Source of the DNA: Eubacteriales bacterium
GTDB taxonomy: Bacteria; Bacillota; Clostridia; Oscillospirales; CAG-272
Assembly: GCA_045586345.1 (NCBI GenBank)
Contig: JAZNAD010000119.1
Span: forward strand, 1-53,895
Direction: 5' to 3'
Length of the DNA: 53,895 nt
Position numbers and translations under genes: made by a program. Under the pieces are notes generated by a model. The model ran no database searches. It saw only the letters and a program-made list of their open reading frames with translations, and had not been told where the DNA came from. Below, piece by piece: positions 25,140-35,019 of this stretch; positions within the stretch are counted from its first letter, which is position 1, and the number at the start of each line of letters is the position of its first letter.

Positions 25140-26289
25140 ATTCAAGGCCAAGGTCGCGGCAAAGCACGGCGGCCTCGGCAACCGTCTCCTTCGGAAGACG
25201 GGTGCCCCGACGGAGCTCGCGCAGGGCGTTTCTCCGACGGCGCCGCGTGAACAGCACCTCAAGCCAGCGGCGCACAGTAAAAAAGGGATAGAGGAGCTTG
25301 TGGCGCTTGAGTGCAGGGTAATATTCGCGTAAGGTGCGGTAGGGGAGAAAGATGCGCGAGAGCAAGAAGCGCCCGCGGCTCTTCCCTGCGAGCGAGACGG
25401 CGATGCGGTTATCGAGGCGGCCGTAGGTGCCGCCGCCGAGGATGTAGTCGGCCATCCGCAGAGTAAGGTCGGTATGAAGCCCCGCACCGAACCAGGCCTC
25501 GGCAAGGCGGCGTGCCTCCATGGCGAAATCAAGGAGCCGCGCCTCGGCGAGAAGGGCATCGAGGGCGTCGCTGTCATAGGGAAGGTTGTCCTCCATAAGC
25601 CAGAGGTCGAGGAGGGGGCGGACGCCGCAGCCGCCGTGCATCAGGTGGTACGCCGTATGCGCGATATGGTGAAAGAGCAAAAATTCGTTCGTGGGCTGAT
25701 AGCGGCAGGCGCCCTCCGTAGCAGGGGAGGAATATTCCCAGGCGCGGGAGAGGACACGGTCCATCGGCTCGCAGTTTTCGCGGAGTGAGAAGTGGAGCTC
25801 GATGTGCACCTCGTCGTCGAGATAGAGCGAGACGTCGTGATAGGCACGGCGGGGGCGCCTCGAAAGGCCGAGCTTCGCTTCAATGGCGGCGACGGCTCTT
25901 TCGATATCCTCCTCATGGAGAAGCAGGTCGAGGTCGCAACTCGTTCGCATCCAGGGCGCGGGGTAGACGGCACGGATAAGGGCCCCCTTCAAGGGCATAT
26001 ACGGGATGCCCTCGGCACGAAGCACGGCATAGAGGCGGTCAGCGGCGTGCGAAAGACGTGCCTCGCGGTAGACCGCGCGCAGGCGGTCGTTAGCCATCTC
26101 TCGGCCGAGCTCGCCCTCAGGGAGGGCGCTACCCTTTGCCAGCGCCTCGGCCATAAGATGAGAAAGATCGTGCCGCCGCGCAAGCGAAAGGATCGTCCCC
26201 ACTTCCTCGGCCGAAAGCACAAAGGAGCGTGCCTCGCCAAGGGCGGCGGCGCGCAGGAGCGATAGCATCAGCGTGGCGGTACGTTCCAT
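25138..26289 (-). CDS. Uncharacterised nucleotidyltransferase family protein (NTP_transf_5-like)
   Basis: 383 aa. G.PYMPLKGA...YP.P..R...DLDLL and ...H.ELH blocks match my recollection of this family, which often occurs in polysaccharide loci. Confidence 0.55.
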   Translation of the reverse strand: MERTATLMLSLLRAAALGEARSFVLSAEEVGTILSLARRHDLSHLMAEALAKGSALPEGELGREMANDRLRAVYREARLSHAADRLYAVLRAEGIPYMPLKGALIRAVYPAPWMRTSCDLDLLLHEEDIERAVAAIEAKLGLSRRPRRAYHDVSLYLDDEVHIELHFSLRENCEPMDRVLSRAWEYSSPATEGACRYQPTNEFLLFHHIAHTAYHLMHGGCGVRPLLDLWLMEDNLPYDSDALDALLAEARLLDFAMEARRLAEAWFGAGLHTDLTLRMADYILGGGTYGRLDNRIAVSLAGKSRGRFLLSRIFLPYRTLREYYPALKRHKLLYPFFTVRRWLEVLFTRRRRRNALRELRRGTRLPKETVAEAAVLCRDLGLE

Positions 26290-26304
26290 ATGATTCCTCC
26301 GCGG

Positions 26305-27489
26305 TCAGGCCTTGCGCCAGACCATTTTGTTGACGATGCCGGTATAGGACTGGATGATACCGACGACCTTCGTAGAGACGTTCTCCTCGGTGTAGTCGGG
26401 CACCGGGATGCCGAGATCCCCCGCCTTTTGCATGGCGACGGCGGTGGCGACCGCCTGGAGGAGGCCGTCTCCCTCAATGCCGGCGAGGACGAAGCAGGCC
26501 TTATCGAGGGCCTCGGGGCGCTCGGTCGAGGTACGGATGCACACCGCCGGGAAGGGGCGGCCGACCGAGGTGTAGAAGCTGCTCTCCTCGGGGAGAGTGC
26601 CGCTGTCCGAGACAACGGCAAAGGCGTTCATCTGCAGGTTGTTGTAATCGTGGAAGCCGAGCGGCTCATGGCACCGCACGCGCGCATCGAGCACAAAGCC
26701 CGAGGCCTCAAGGCGCTTCTTTGAGCGCGGATGGCAGGAGTAGAGGATGGGCATATCGTAGGTCTCGGCAAGACGGTTGACGGCGGTAAAGAGGGCTGTG
26801 AAATTCTTCTCGGTGTCGATGTTCTCCTCGCGGTGCGCCGAAAGGAGGATGTACTTACCCGCCTGAAGGCCGAGACGCGAGAGGATATCGCTCGCCTCGA
26901 TCGCCGAAAGATTCTTGCGGAGCACCTCGGCCATCGGGGAGCCGGTGACGTAGGTGCGCTCCTTCGGCAGGCCGCACTCGTGGAGATAGCGGCGCGCGTG
27001 CTCGGAGTAGGCAAGGTTGACATCCGAGATGATGTCGACGATGCGGCGGTTGGTCTCCTCGGGGAGGCACTCGTCCTTGCAGCGGTTGCCCGCCTCCATG
27101 TGGAAGATCGGGATGTGCAGGCGCTTGGCCGCGATCGCCGAGAGGCAGGAGTTGGTATCGCCAAGGATCAGGAGGGCATCGGGGCGCGTTGCGGCCATCA
27201 GCTTATAGGAGCAGTTGATGATGTTGCCGACCGTTGCCCCAAGGTCGTCACCGACGGCATCCATATAGACGTCGGGATCGGCGAGGCCGAGATCGCGGAA
27301 GAAGATGCCGTTGAGGGTGTAGTCGTAGTTCTGCCCCGTGTGCGCAAGGAGGCAATCGAAGTAGGTGCGGCACTTGTCAATGACAGCCGAGAGGCGGATG
27401 ATCTCGGGGCGGGTGCCCACAATGATCAGGAGCTTCAGGCGGCCGTCGTTTTTGAAGGCAATATCGGAATAGTCAAGTTTTGTTTGCAT
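26305..27489 (-). CDS. fnlC: UDP-N-acetylglucosamine 2-epimerase (non-hydrolysing), FnlC/CapG/WbjD type
   Basis: LKLLIIVGTRPEIIRLS, GDTNS and HMEAGNR motifs. It lies directly downstream of the FnlA and FnlB homologues. Confidence 0.8.
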   Translation of the reverse strand: MQTKLDYSDIAFKNDGRLKLLIIVGTRPEIIRLSAVIDKCRTYFDCLLAHTGQNYDYTLNGIFFRDLGLADPDVYMDAVGDDLGATVGNIINCSYKLMAATRPDALLILGDTNSCLSAIAAKRLHIPIFHMEAGNRCKDECLPEETNRRIVDIISDVNLAYSEHARRYLHECGLPKERTYVTGSPMAEVLRKNLSAIEASDILSRLGLQAGKYILLSAHREENIDTEKNFTALFTAVNRLAETYDMPILYSCHPRSKKRLEASGFVLDARVRCHEPLGFHDYNNLQMNAFAVVSDSGTLPEESSFYTSVGRPFPAVCIRTSTERPEALDKACFVLAGIEGDGLLQAVATAVAMQKAGDLGIPVPDYTEENVSTKVVGIIQSYTGIVNKMVWRKA

Positions 27490-27492
27490 AGT

Positions 27493-28689
27493 TTATACCA
27501 CCTCGAAGAATGTATCGGGTTTTTGGGGATCAAAGGGCTCGTTTGCCCACATCAGCGTGACAAGATCGTTTGTGTCGGACAGGTTCTTGATGCTGTGGGT
27601 ATAGCCGGGGAGCATATGGACGGCGGTCGGCTCGTCCCCCGTCACGCGGAAGGAGAGGACCTCGTCCGTCCCAAGGCGCCGCTCCTCGATGAGGGCCTCG
27701 CCCGAAACGACGATGAAGAACTCCCATTTCGTATGATGCCAATGCTGCCCCTTGGTGATGCCGGGCTTTGAAACATTGACCGAGAATTGGCCGCACCCCT
27801 CGGTGCGGAGGAGCTCGGTGAAGCTGCCGCGATCGTCGATGCTCGCCTTTAAGGGGAAGGCGACCTTCTCGGGCGGAAGGTAGGAGAGGTAGGTGGAATA
27901 GAGCTTCTTTTGGAAGCTGCCACAGGGGATGGTGGGCATCGTCAGGGTCCTCGGCTGATCGCGGAAGGCTTCAAGGAGCGAGACGATCTTGCCAAGCGTC
28001 ACGCGATGGGTCACCGGGGCGGCGCAATAGCGGCCGCCGTCGCACAGCACGGTGCGGATGCCGTCAAACTCGCAGCGGTGGGGATGCCCCTCGAGCGCCG
28101 CGAGCACCTCGGAAACGAGATCGTCGATGTAGAGGAGCTCAAGCTCGATCGCAGGGTCGGTGACGGTCACGGGCAGGTCGTGCGCGACATTATGGCAGAA
28201 GGTGGCGACGGCCGAATTGTAGTTCGGGCGGCACCACTTGCCGAAGAGGTTCGGGAAGCGGTAGACGAGCACGTCGGCGCCGGTCTCCTCCCCATAGGCA
28301 AAGAGAAGCTCCTCCCCGGCCTTCTTCGAGCGGCCGTAATCGCTGTCATAGCGGCCGACAAGGGTAGCCTGGATCGAGGACGAGAGGAGGATCGGGCAGG
28401 GGTTCTTGGCGGCGCGGAGAGCCCCAAGCAGGCGCGAGGTGAAGCCGAAGTTGCCCGCCATGAACTCGCCGGGATCCTTCGGGCGGTTGACCCCCGCGAG
28501 ATGGATCACAAAGTCGGCCCTTTGGCAATAGGTATCGAGGAGGGCGGGGTCGGTATCGAGGTCATAGAGGTAAAGCTCGCCGACCGTAAGGCCCGGGTGG
28601 GTCCTGTCACGCCCGTCGGCGATCGCGCGGAGCGCCTCGGTGAGATTGCGTCCGACAAAGCCGGCGGCACCTGTCAGGAGGATATTCAT
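27493..28689 (-). CDS. fnlB: FnlB/CapF-type reductase-epimerase (SDR N-domain + cupin C-domain)
   Basis: It aligns by eye along its whole length with S. aureus CapF (NLFGKWCRPNYNSAVATFCHN, DDRGSFTEL, SKPGITKGQHWHHTK, PQKPDTFFEV). Confidence 0.85.
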   Translation of the reverse strand: MNILLTGAAGFVGRNLTEALRAIADGRDRTHPGLTVGELYLYDLDTDPALLDTYCQRADFVIHLAGVNRPKDPGEFMAGNFGFTSRLLGALRAAKNPCPILLSSSIQATLVGRYDSDYGRSKKAGEELLFAYGEETGADVLVYRFPNLFGKWCRPNYNSAVATFCHNVAHDLPVTVTDPAIELELLYIDDLVSEVLAALEGHPHRCEFDGIRTVLCDGGRYCAAPVTHRVTLGKIVSLLEAFRDQPRTLTMPTIPCGSFQKKLYSTYLSYLPPEKVAFPLKASIDDRGSFTELLRTEGCGQFSVNVSKPGITKGQHWHHTKWEFFIVVSGEALIEERRLGTDEVLSFRVTGDEPTAVHMLPGYTHSIKNLSDTNDLVTLMWANEPFDPQKPDTFFEVV

Positions 28690-29738
28690 AGCGCGGGGCG
28701 CCCCATGGCGGCCAGCTCCTCGCGGATGTAGGCGAGGGTGAGGAGCTTTTCCTTGACGGCTTCGACATCAAGAAGGGTGGTATTGTTGGAATTGAACTCG
28801 TGGAGGGGGTTGCGGTCGGCATCGCCCTCCTTGAAGTATTTGTCATAGTTAAGGCCGCGATTATCGCAGGGAACGCGGTAGAAGGCGCCCATATCGACGG
28901 CGTGCGCGCATTCCTCGTTCGTGAGGAGGGTCTCGTACATCTTCTCGCCGTGGCGGATGCCGATCGTGCGGATCTCGGCCCCCGGCGCGAAGAGCGAGGT
29001 GACCGCCTTCGCGAGGGTCTCGATGGTGCAGGCGGGGGCCTTCTGGACGAGGATATCGCCGCTCTTGCCGTGCTCAAAGGCAAAGAGGACAAGATCGACC
29101 GCCTCGTCAAGCGACATGATAAAGCGGGTCATCGAGGGCTCGGTGATGGTGATGGGGGCGCCCTGCTTGATCTGATCGATCCAGAGAGGCACGACCGAGC
29201 CGCGCGAGCAAAGGACGTTGCCGTAGCGCGTGCAGGCGATCTTGGTGGCACTCTCGGCGACGGTGCGCGACTTCGCAACGATGACCTTCTCCATCATGGC
29301 CTTCGAGGTGCCCATCGCATTGACGGGATAGGCGGCCTTATCGGTCGAAAGGCAGACGATGTTGGAAACGCCGGCGTCGATCGCGGCCGTCAGGACGTTC
29401 TCGGTGCCGAGGACGTTGGTCTTGACCGCCTCGATCGGGAAGAACTCGCAGGAGGGCACCTGCTTGAGCGCCGCCGCGTGGAAGATGTAATCGACCCCGT
29501 GCATCGCGTTCTTGACCGAGGCAAGGTCGCGCACGTCGCCAATGTAGAACTTGATCTTCTCGGCGACCTCGGGCATCCGCACCTGGAAGTCGTGCCGCAT
29601 ATCGTCCTGCTTCTTCTCGTCGCGCGAGAAGATGCGGATCTCGCCGATGTCGGTCGAAAGGAAGCGGTTCAGGACCGCATTCCCGAAGGACCCCGTCCCC
29701 CCGGTGATCAGAAGTGTTTTGTTAGTAAAAAGTGACAT
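28686..29738 (-). CDS. fnlA: UDP-GlcNAc 4,6-dehydratase/5-epimerase, FnlA/CapE type
   Basis: Very close to CapE by eye (LLITGGTGSFGNAVLNRFL, IRIFSRDEKKQDDMR, HAAALKQVPSCEFFP, CLSTDKAAYPVNAMGTSKAMMEK, YGNV..SRGSV.PL). Confidence 0.9.
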   Translation of the reverse strand: MSLFTNKTLLITGGTGSFGNAVLNRFLSTDIGEIRIFSRDEKKQDDMRHDFQVRMPEVAEKIKFYIGDVRDLASVKNAMHGVDYIFHAAALKQVPSCEFFPIEAVKTNVLGTENVLTAAIDAGVSNIVCLSTDKAAYPVNAMGTSKAMMEKVIVAKSRTVAESATKIACTRYGNVLCSRGSVVPLWIDQIKQGAPITITEPSMTRFIMSLDEAVDLVLFAFEHGKSGDILVQKAPACTIETLAKAVTSLFAPGAEIRTIGIRHGEKMYETLLTNEECAHAVDMGAFYRVPCDNRGLNYDKYFKEGDADRNPLHEFNSNNTTLLDVEAVKEKLLTLAYIREELAAMGRPAL

Positions 29739-29740
29739 GG

Positions 29741-30901
29741 TTACTGCTCCTTTTTAGAATTCTCCAAAGAGGTATAGACGGCTTCCAGCGCGCGCGCGGA
29801 GGAAAGCCAGGAAAACTCACGGGCCCGTGTGATCCCATTCTGAGCGATCGACGCGGCCTTCCTGGGGTCGTCAATGGCAAACCGGATCAGAGAGTATACA
29901 TCGTCGGTCGAGCGCTGCCCGGCAAGGAGCCCGTCATGACCGTGATGTATGATCTCCTCGGCCCCTGTACCAAAACAACCGCAGGTGAGGGTCCCCGTGC
30001 TCATCGCTTCAAGATACACACAACCGAGCGCCTCGAAAAACGACGGCATCACAAACATATCGGCGTTTTTCATCAGGCGTGCCACCTCATCGTACGGCTG
30101 CCACCCCAAAAAATCAACGGCCTCGGCTATCCCGAGCTCGGTGCAAAGCGCTTTCAGGCGCGCTTCCTCAGGGCCGGCCCCCACAAGCTGAAGGCGTATC
30201 GGCACAGCCTCGGACTTTAGTCTTGCGACCGCCTCGATCAGATAGTCATGCCCCTTGATCGGGATCAGATTGGCAACGCAAATGACCGTAAAGATCTCAT
30301 TTTTCGGTTTGCCGTCCGCCGGGAAGCGTTCAAGATCGACACCGTTATAGACGGTATACAGCGGTACACTGTCAAGCCTCTCGCGGACAACATCGCAAAC
30401 CTTATCGCTGACACCGACAATGGCGGCACACCGCTTAAGATGCCGCAGACGCAGGGAGGTATTCCGCTTAGAAAGCAGCCGGTGCAACAGGCTCGTCTTA
30501 TGATAATAATCCTGCCATACGTTCAACCCGTGAAAATGCTGAATGACGGGAATGCCGTGCTTTTTGCAATTCTTCAGCACGCTCGGCAGGATACCGTGAG
30601 AGGTAATGTGGACCGAAACGGCATCATAGGCCGTCCAATCGAAGGAATCCAGGACGTTTTTGCGCGAATAGAGCCACAAGATCCGCGAAAGGCGACCGGC
30701 CTTCAGGGTAGCGCTGAACACCCTGAGCCCGCCGTGCTCTCCAACCGAGAGACAGGAGGCCTCGGTGCCCGAAAGCCTCGGGATGAGAATGTCAACGGTG
30801 TGCCCCAGCGCGCCGAGCGCTTTGGCTTGCTGTTCAAGATAAATGGCGTATTGCGGCCGCTCGGCGCTCGGATAGCACTCGGAAACAAACAGTATTCTCA
30901 T
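29741..30901 (-). CDS. Glycosyltransferase family 4 (GT-B)
   Basis: MRILFVSECYP N-terminus and C-terminal E..G....EAM..G motif. ATG 30901 overlaps the upstream stop by 1 nt; the ORF-track start at 30958 is an extension. Confidence 0.75.
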   Translation of the reverse strand: MRILFVSECYPSAERPQYAIYLEQQAKALGALGHTVDILIPRLSGTEASCLSVGEHGGLRVFSATLKAGRLSRILWLYSRKNVLDSFDWTAYDAVSVHITSHGILPSVLKNCKKHGIPVIQHFHGLNVWQDYYHKTSLLHRLLSKRNTSLRLRHLKRCAAIVGVSDKVCDVVRERLDSVPLYTVYNGVDLERFPADGKPKNEIFTVICVANLIPIKGHDYLIEAVARLKSEAVPIRLQLVGAGPEEARLKALCTELGIAEAVDFLGWQPYDEVARLMKNADMFVMPSFFEALGCVYLEAMSTGTLTCGCFGTGAEEIIHHGHDGLLAGQRSTDDVYSLIRFAIDDPRKAASIAQNGITRAREFSWLSSARALEAVYTSLENSKKEQ

Positions 30902-32070
30902 CACGCATCTCCCTTCGGGGTGTACCATCCGTCGCGATAATGCTCGGCGGGACTGCAAATGCCGTCAGAGAAAAGCGAAAGCCCGTTACCGCCCGCAAGC
31001 AGGTGCTCGGAAAGCGACAGGAGGCGGCGGGCGGCGTTCTCCGCGTTCCAATGCTCGCGGATATTTCGGTAGGCGGCGCGGGCGAGAGCTTCCCTTTTCT
31101 CTCCGTCAAGGAGCAGAAGCTTCAGCTTGGCGTACATATCGTCGATGTTGTTTTCGTTATACAAGAAGCCGTTTTCGCCGTCACGGACAAGATACGGGGC
31201 AGCACCTGTCGCGCTGTTGGCGAGAACCGCGCACGCGCTGTTTTGCGCCTCGTTAAGAACGGCACCCCAGCCCTCCTGACGGTCGGACGTCATAAGGAAG
31301 ACCGCGCTCCTTTCCATATGAGCGCGCACCTCCTCGGGTGTCATCGAGCCAAGGAGCTTCACGGAATCCTCAAGTCCCAGGCGCTGTATGCTCGCGCGGA
31401 TCTCGTTTTCCATAGGACCGAAGCCGATCATATTCAGAGTGACGTCGATGCCGTCAGCTTTAAGCCGCCGCGCCATCTCCACCGCAAGCTCGGGATGCTT
31501 CCAGTCGATCATCCGCGCCGCCCACGCGATCGTGCGGCTCTCTTTCTTTGCCATGAGCGCGTCAATGTCATACTCATACATCGCAGGGAAATACCCCCAC
31601 TTAAAGGCGCGGTTTTTGAAGGTGCGTGTTTTGGCGTAGTCGGCGGAGGTGTAGGCGCTGGAGCAAAGGAGATAATAGCTCTTATGCCGGCAGAATTGCC
31701 AGAAATACTTGATCGCCCGCAGAGGATACTGATAGCGCGGCGGCTCGATCTTATAGACCCTTTCCGAATAGCGGAAGGTGAGCTTTTTTGCTTTTAGGCG
31801 GGGGGCGATGAGCTTCTCGGGGGCACTGCCCAAAATGACAGCATCGGCTTCATTGATGAACCTCTCATAACGGTCCCGATCGGTCTCAAAATTCTCCCGT
31901 GTGCACAGAAAAGGGTGAGCCCCCTCGCCCGGTCGCCATCCTATTGGCAGATCACTACTTCGCACCATAGTTTCGACAAAGAGAAAATCCTCGCCCAAGA
32001 GCTCAAAAAATCCTTGAGCAAAAGGAATCTGATGCGGAGTCAACAAATTTGATACTATCACAAGTTTCAT
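30901..32070 (-). CDS. Glycosyltransferase, GT-B fold (family 1/4-like)
   Basis: C-terminal half shows the pattern L.L.G.GP....I......L.....V..LG....EV......S.VFL.TSD..EGWG.VLNEA. Confidence 0.65.
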   Translation of the reverse strand: MKLVIVSNLLTPHQIPFAQGFFELLGEDFLFVETMVRSSDLPIGWRPGEGAHPFLCTRENFETDRDRYERFINEADAVILGSAPEKLIAPRLKAKKLTFRYSERVYKIEPPRYQYPLRAIKYFWQFCRHKSYYLLCSSAYTSADYAKTRTFKNRAFKWGYFPAMYEYDIDALMAKKESRTIAWAARMIDWKHPELAVEMARRLKADGIDVTLNMIGFGPMENEIRASIQRLGLEDSVKLLGSMTPEEVRAHMERSAVFLMTSDRQEGWGAVLNEAQNSACAVLANSATGAAPYLVRDGENGFLYNENNIDDMYAKLKLLLLDGEKREALARAAYRNIREHWNAENAARRLLSLSEHLLAGGNGLSLFSDGICSPAEHYRDGWYTPKGDA

Positions 32071-32585
32071 TGAAGCGCATCCTTTTCTAAGATCCTCGAA
32101 GCTCCGCCAACAACGAGAGCGTTATCAGGGATATCCTTATCTACATAGGCGTTAGCGCCGATGCGGACATTATTTCCGATCGTTATCGCCCCAACAATGA
32201 CTGCACCGCTACCTATCATCACATTATCGCCTATAATCGGCATATAGCGCCCATTCTTTTCTTTGCGATTGCTCCCTATCGTTACATTCTGAAAAATTTC
32301 ACAGTTGTCACCAATAATAACTTCATGGCCTATCACAATGCCTACGGAATGATGTATACGCAAACAACGCCCAATGGTGGCGTAGGGCGATAATTCACAG
32401 GAATATTTGCGGAGCATTTTCTTTTTTATCAGTTCGGGAATCAATTTGATCTTATGTCGATAACACCAGTTCCCTCTTCGATAGAGACGAATGAGAAAGA
32501 ATGTGTGCCCCGTTATCCATCCCTTGAAAAAACGGAACCAGTTCAGCTTATACGCCGCCATATCAGATCTCAACATCTGTGACAC
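32067..32585 (-). CDS. Serine-acetyltransferase-like hexapeptide O-acetyltransferase
   Basis: Left-handed beta-helix repeats (IGHEVIIGDNCEIFQNVTIG, IIGDNVMIGSGAVIVGAITIGNNVRIGANAYV). The start is GTG 32585, with an alternative ATG at 32576. Confidence 0.75.
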   Translation of the reverse strand: MSQMLRSDMAAYKLNWFRFFKGWITGHTFFLIRLYRRGNWCYRHKIKLIPELIKKKMLRKYSCELSPYATIGRCLRIHHSVGIVIGHEVIIGDNCEIFQNVTIGSNRKEKNGRYMPIIGDNVMIGSGAVIVGAITIGNNVRIGANAYVDKDIPDNALVVGGASRILEKDALQ

Positions 32586-33739
32586 ACTCCTTCTTCCTTG
32601 TTCATCGTTAAGAGACTCACCGTCAAAAGATTTAATCCCATGGCACCGGCCACGATAGCGGCCTCAAAGCTACCGGCAACAATGACCGCAGCAAAAGCAA
32701 ACACCGCTGCTCTGCCATACAGCCCCTTGGCCTTGCCAAAGGCAGCTGCAAGCCTATCGTACAAAAACTTCACAAATAGAACAAAAGAGAAAACTCCGTA
32801 GGAGCACAGCACGTCGATATGCGTGTTGTGAAGCTGCGACTGCCCCGTGCCACCGCTGATCCCGAAATAATCTCCGAATAGAGGCGAAGCGCGGAAGGAC
32901 TCAAAGGACCGTTGCCAAATACCTACACGGGAATCCAGAGTCTTGCCCTCGGATTCTAAGAAGGCAAAGGTCTCGCGGAACCAAGGAATGTCTACCACAT
33001 TCAGATACACGATCGCATATACGATGGGGAATACCGCCACGAAAAAGGAGAAGGTACGCGGGATCCTCTTGAGGAGTCCACCAAGGAGGAAAAAGAGGAT
33101 GAAGAAGATGGCACCTACCAGAGATCCTCTCGCCTCGGTCAGCGAAATCAGCGAGAAAAGCATCGGCAATAAGGGGGCGGCCAACAGCCGCCACTTACTC
33201 GCCCCGTCAAACGCCTTAATGACGAACAGTGCAAGAAAAAGGAAGCAATGCAGGAGCCACATTCCCGTAAAATTAGGATTGGAAAATCCAAGAGTGATGG
33301 CTTCTCCCTGCCTCTCATTGTTCCCTAAGAAATAATACGATACTACGAGGAAGACCGATGCCGCCAGTGGGGCATATTCGAGGATGCGGGCAGCAGCAGA
33401 GGAGATAACGCTTACCGGCCTTGTGGCGTAATACAGGAGGAGGATAAAGGCGCAAAACATAATCAGCTTTTTGAGATAATCAAAGCTGAGTCCTCCATTG
33501 TGCAAGAGCCAGTTGCAGGCCACAGAGAAACTGCACAAAAAGCATACGAGGCAGCTGACATTCAAGGCTCGCTTTTTCAAGATATCCATTACGACATACA
33601 GAAAGGCAACCAAAAACGAAAGCGCAAACAGCAAGGAAACCAAGCTGTGCTGCCCAACGGCATTCGCCACCGCAATGGCAGAGGCAAGGAGAACCTCTAT
33701 ACCGATGCAAGTGGAATATTCAAATTTTGTCAATGACAT
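32570..33739 (-). CDS. wzy: O-antigen polymerase/ligase family membrane protein (Wzy-like)
   Basis: About 10-12 TM segments with a periplasmic-loop motif region (H..HN.H.D....G). ATG 33739 was chosen; the 5' extension to 33817 is Arg-rich and looks spurious. Confidence 0.65.
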   Translation of the reverse strand: MSLTKFEYSTCIGIEVLLASAIAVANAVGQHSLVSLLFALSFLVAFLYVVMDILKKRALNVSCLVCFLCSFSVACNWLLHNGGLSFDYLKKLIMFCAFILLLYYATRPVSVISSAAARILEYAPLAASVFLVVSYYFLGNNERQGEAITLGFSNPNFTGMWLLHCFLFLALFVIKAFDGASKWRLLAAPLLPMLFSLISLTEARGSLVGAIFFILFFLLGGLLKRIPRTFSFFVAVFPIVYAIVYLNVVDIPWFRETFAFLESEGKTLDSRVGIWQRSFESFRASPLFGDYFGISGGTGQSQLHNTHIDVLCSYGVFSFVLFVKFLYDRLAAAFGKAKGLYGRAAVFAFAAVIVAGSFEAAIVAGAMGLNLLTVSLLTMNKEEGVCHRC

Positions 33740-34973
33740 TGGGCTCCTCCACCTCGCTCCCATTGAAATGCGCGGCATACACCGCCGCATAGGCATCCGC
33801 CATGTTTTCCTTCGCATAGGCGATGACCGCCGAGCGCGAAACCTCTTCCTTCAAAGGAGGGGTCTCAAGAAAAGCTTCTATGCCCCGCGCCAGCCCTTCG
33901 ATGTCACCGTAAGGAGCAAAGATGCTGTATGCAGGGAGGGCGATCGTCTCGGGAGCCCCCGCACAAAAGCCAACGACGGGGGTACCGCAAGCCAAGCTTT
34001 CCACCGTTACCATCGAGAAGGTCTCGCGCCTGCTGGCAAGAAGGGTCACATCGGCCATCGCATAGAGGGCGGCAAGCCTTGTCTGATCGGCCACACGGCC
34101 GAGAAGAAGCACGTTATCGGCAACGGCGATGCCCTCGGCATACGGTCCGGCGACAACCACCGTTACATTCTCCTCCGCAAGACGCTTTGCCAGCTCATTG
34201 ACATAATAGCCGCCCTTGATGTGCAAGGGGTCAAGCGTAAAGGAGGGAGTCGCATGGAAGATCACCTTTTTTTCGGAGAGGCCGAGCTCAGCCTTCAAGG
34301 CTTCGGACGGGCGATAGGTAAAGACATCGGCGTCAAGGCCATTCAGGACAACGGTGTGCTTCTTTCCCGAAAGAATGGGAGAGGCCTCGGCACGCGCCAT
34401 CAGCCACGGGGAGACCGAGGTGACGATAAGATTATCCTCAAAGCCGTCGAAGGCTTTTTTCATTTTGCGCCACGAGGCGTGGGTGCGGTCTAAGAACAGG
34501 CTCTTGGTCTCCCGGCGACGGCGGGGACAGTGTCCGCAACCCGTCTTCCATTTGTCGCACTCATAGGCGTGGCCGCAGTTGGCCGTGTGCATAAACTCGG
34601 CATGGAGGGTCAGGACGGTTTTGATGCCGCTTTTTTTGAGCCATGTTACGAGACGGTAGATATTGACGAAATACCCGTTGATGCAATGCAGATGGACGAC
34701 GTCCGGCTTTTCCTTTTTGATGATGCGGACGAGCTTTGCCGTTGAAAAGAAGCATCCGCCATACATCACTCCTGTGAAACGGGAGAGAAGGTTATTGAAC
34801 TTGGAATACCACTCGGGGCAGGTCTTGTAGACATGGGGCTCGCGGACCTTCTCGCCACGGCCGTAGCAAACGACCGATTCGATGCCCCGCTTTCCAAGCT
34901 CGGTATGGATATCGTAGACGATCTTCCCCGTGCTCCCCTTGCGGTACACGCAATTGATCTGTAATACCTTCAT
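33720..34973 (-). CDS. Glycosyltransferase family 4
   Basis: MKVLQINCVYRKGSTGKIV N-terminus and C-terminal ...ASRRETFSMVTVESLACGTPVVGF. Confidence 0.75.
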   Translation of the reverse strand: MKVLQINCVYRKGSTGKIVYDIHTELGKRGIESVVCYGRGEKVREPHVYKTCPEWYSKFNNLLSRFTGVMYGGCFFSTAKLVRIIKKEKPDVVHLHCINGYFVNIYRLVTWLKKSGIKTVLTLHAEFMHTANCGHAYECDKWKTGCGHCPRRRRETKSLFLDRTHASWRKMKKAFDGFEDNLIVTSVSPWLMARAEASPILSGKKHTVVLNGLDADVFTYRPSEALKAELGLSEKKVIFHATPSFTLDPLHIKGGYYVNELAKRLAEENVTVVVAGPYAEGIAVADNVLLLGRVADQTRLAALYAMADVTLLASRRETFSMVTVESLACGTPVVGFCAGAPETIALPAYSIFAPYGDIEGLARGIEAFLETPPLKEEVSRSAVIAYAKENMADAYAAVYAAHFNGSEVEEPNVIDKI

Positions 34974-35019
34974 AACAACTCCTTGGGGGTCAGCTTTTTA
35001 TCATCAAATGATTATTTTG

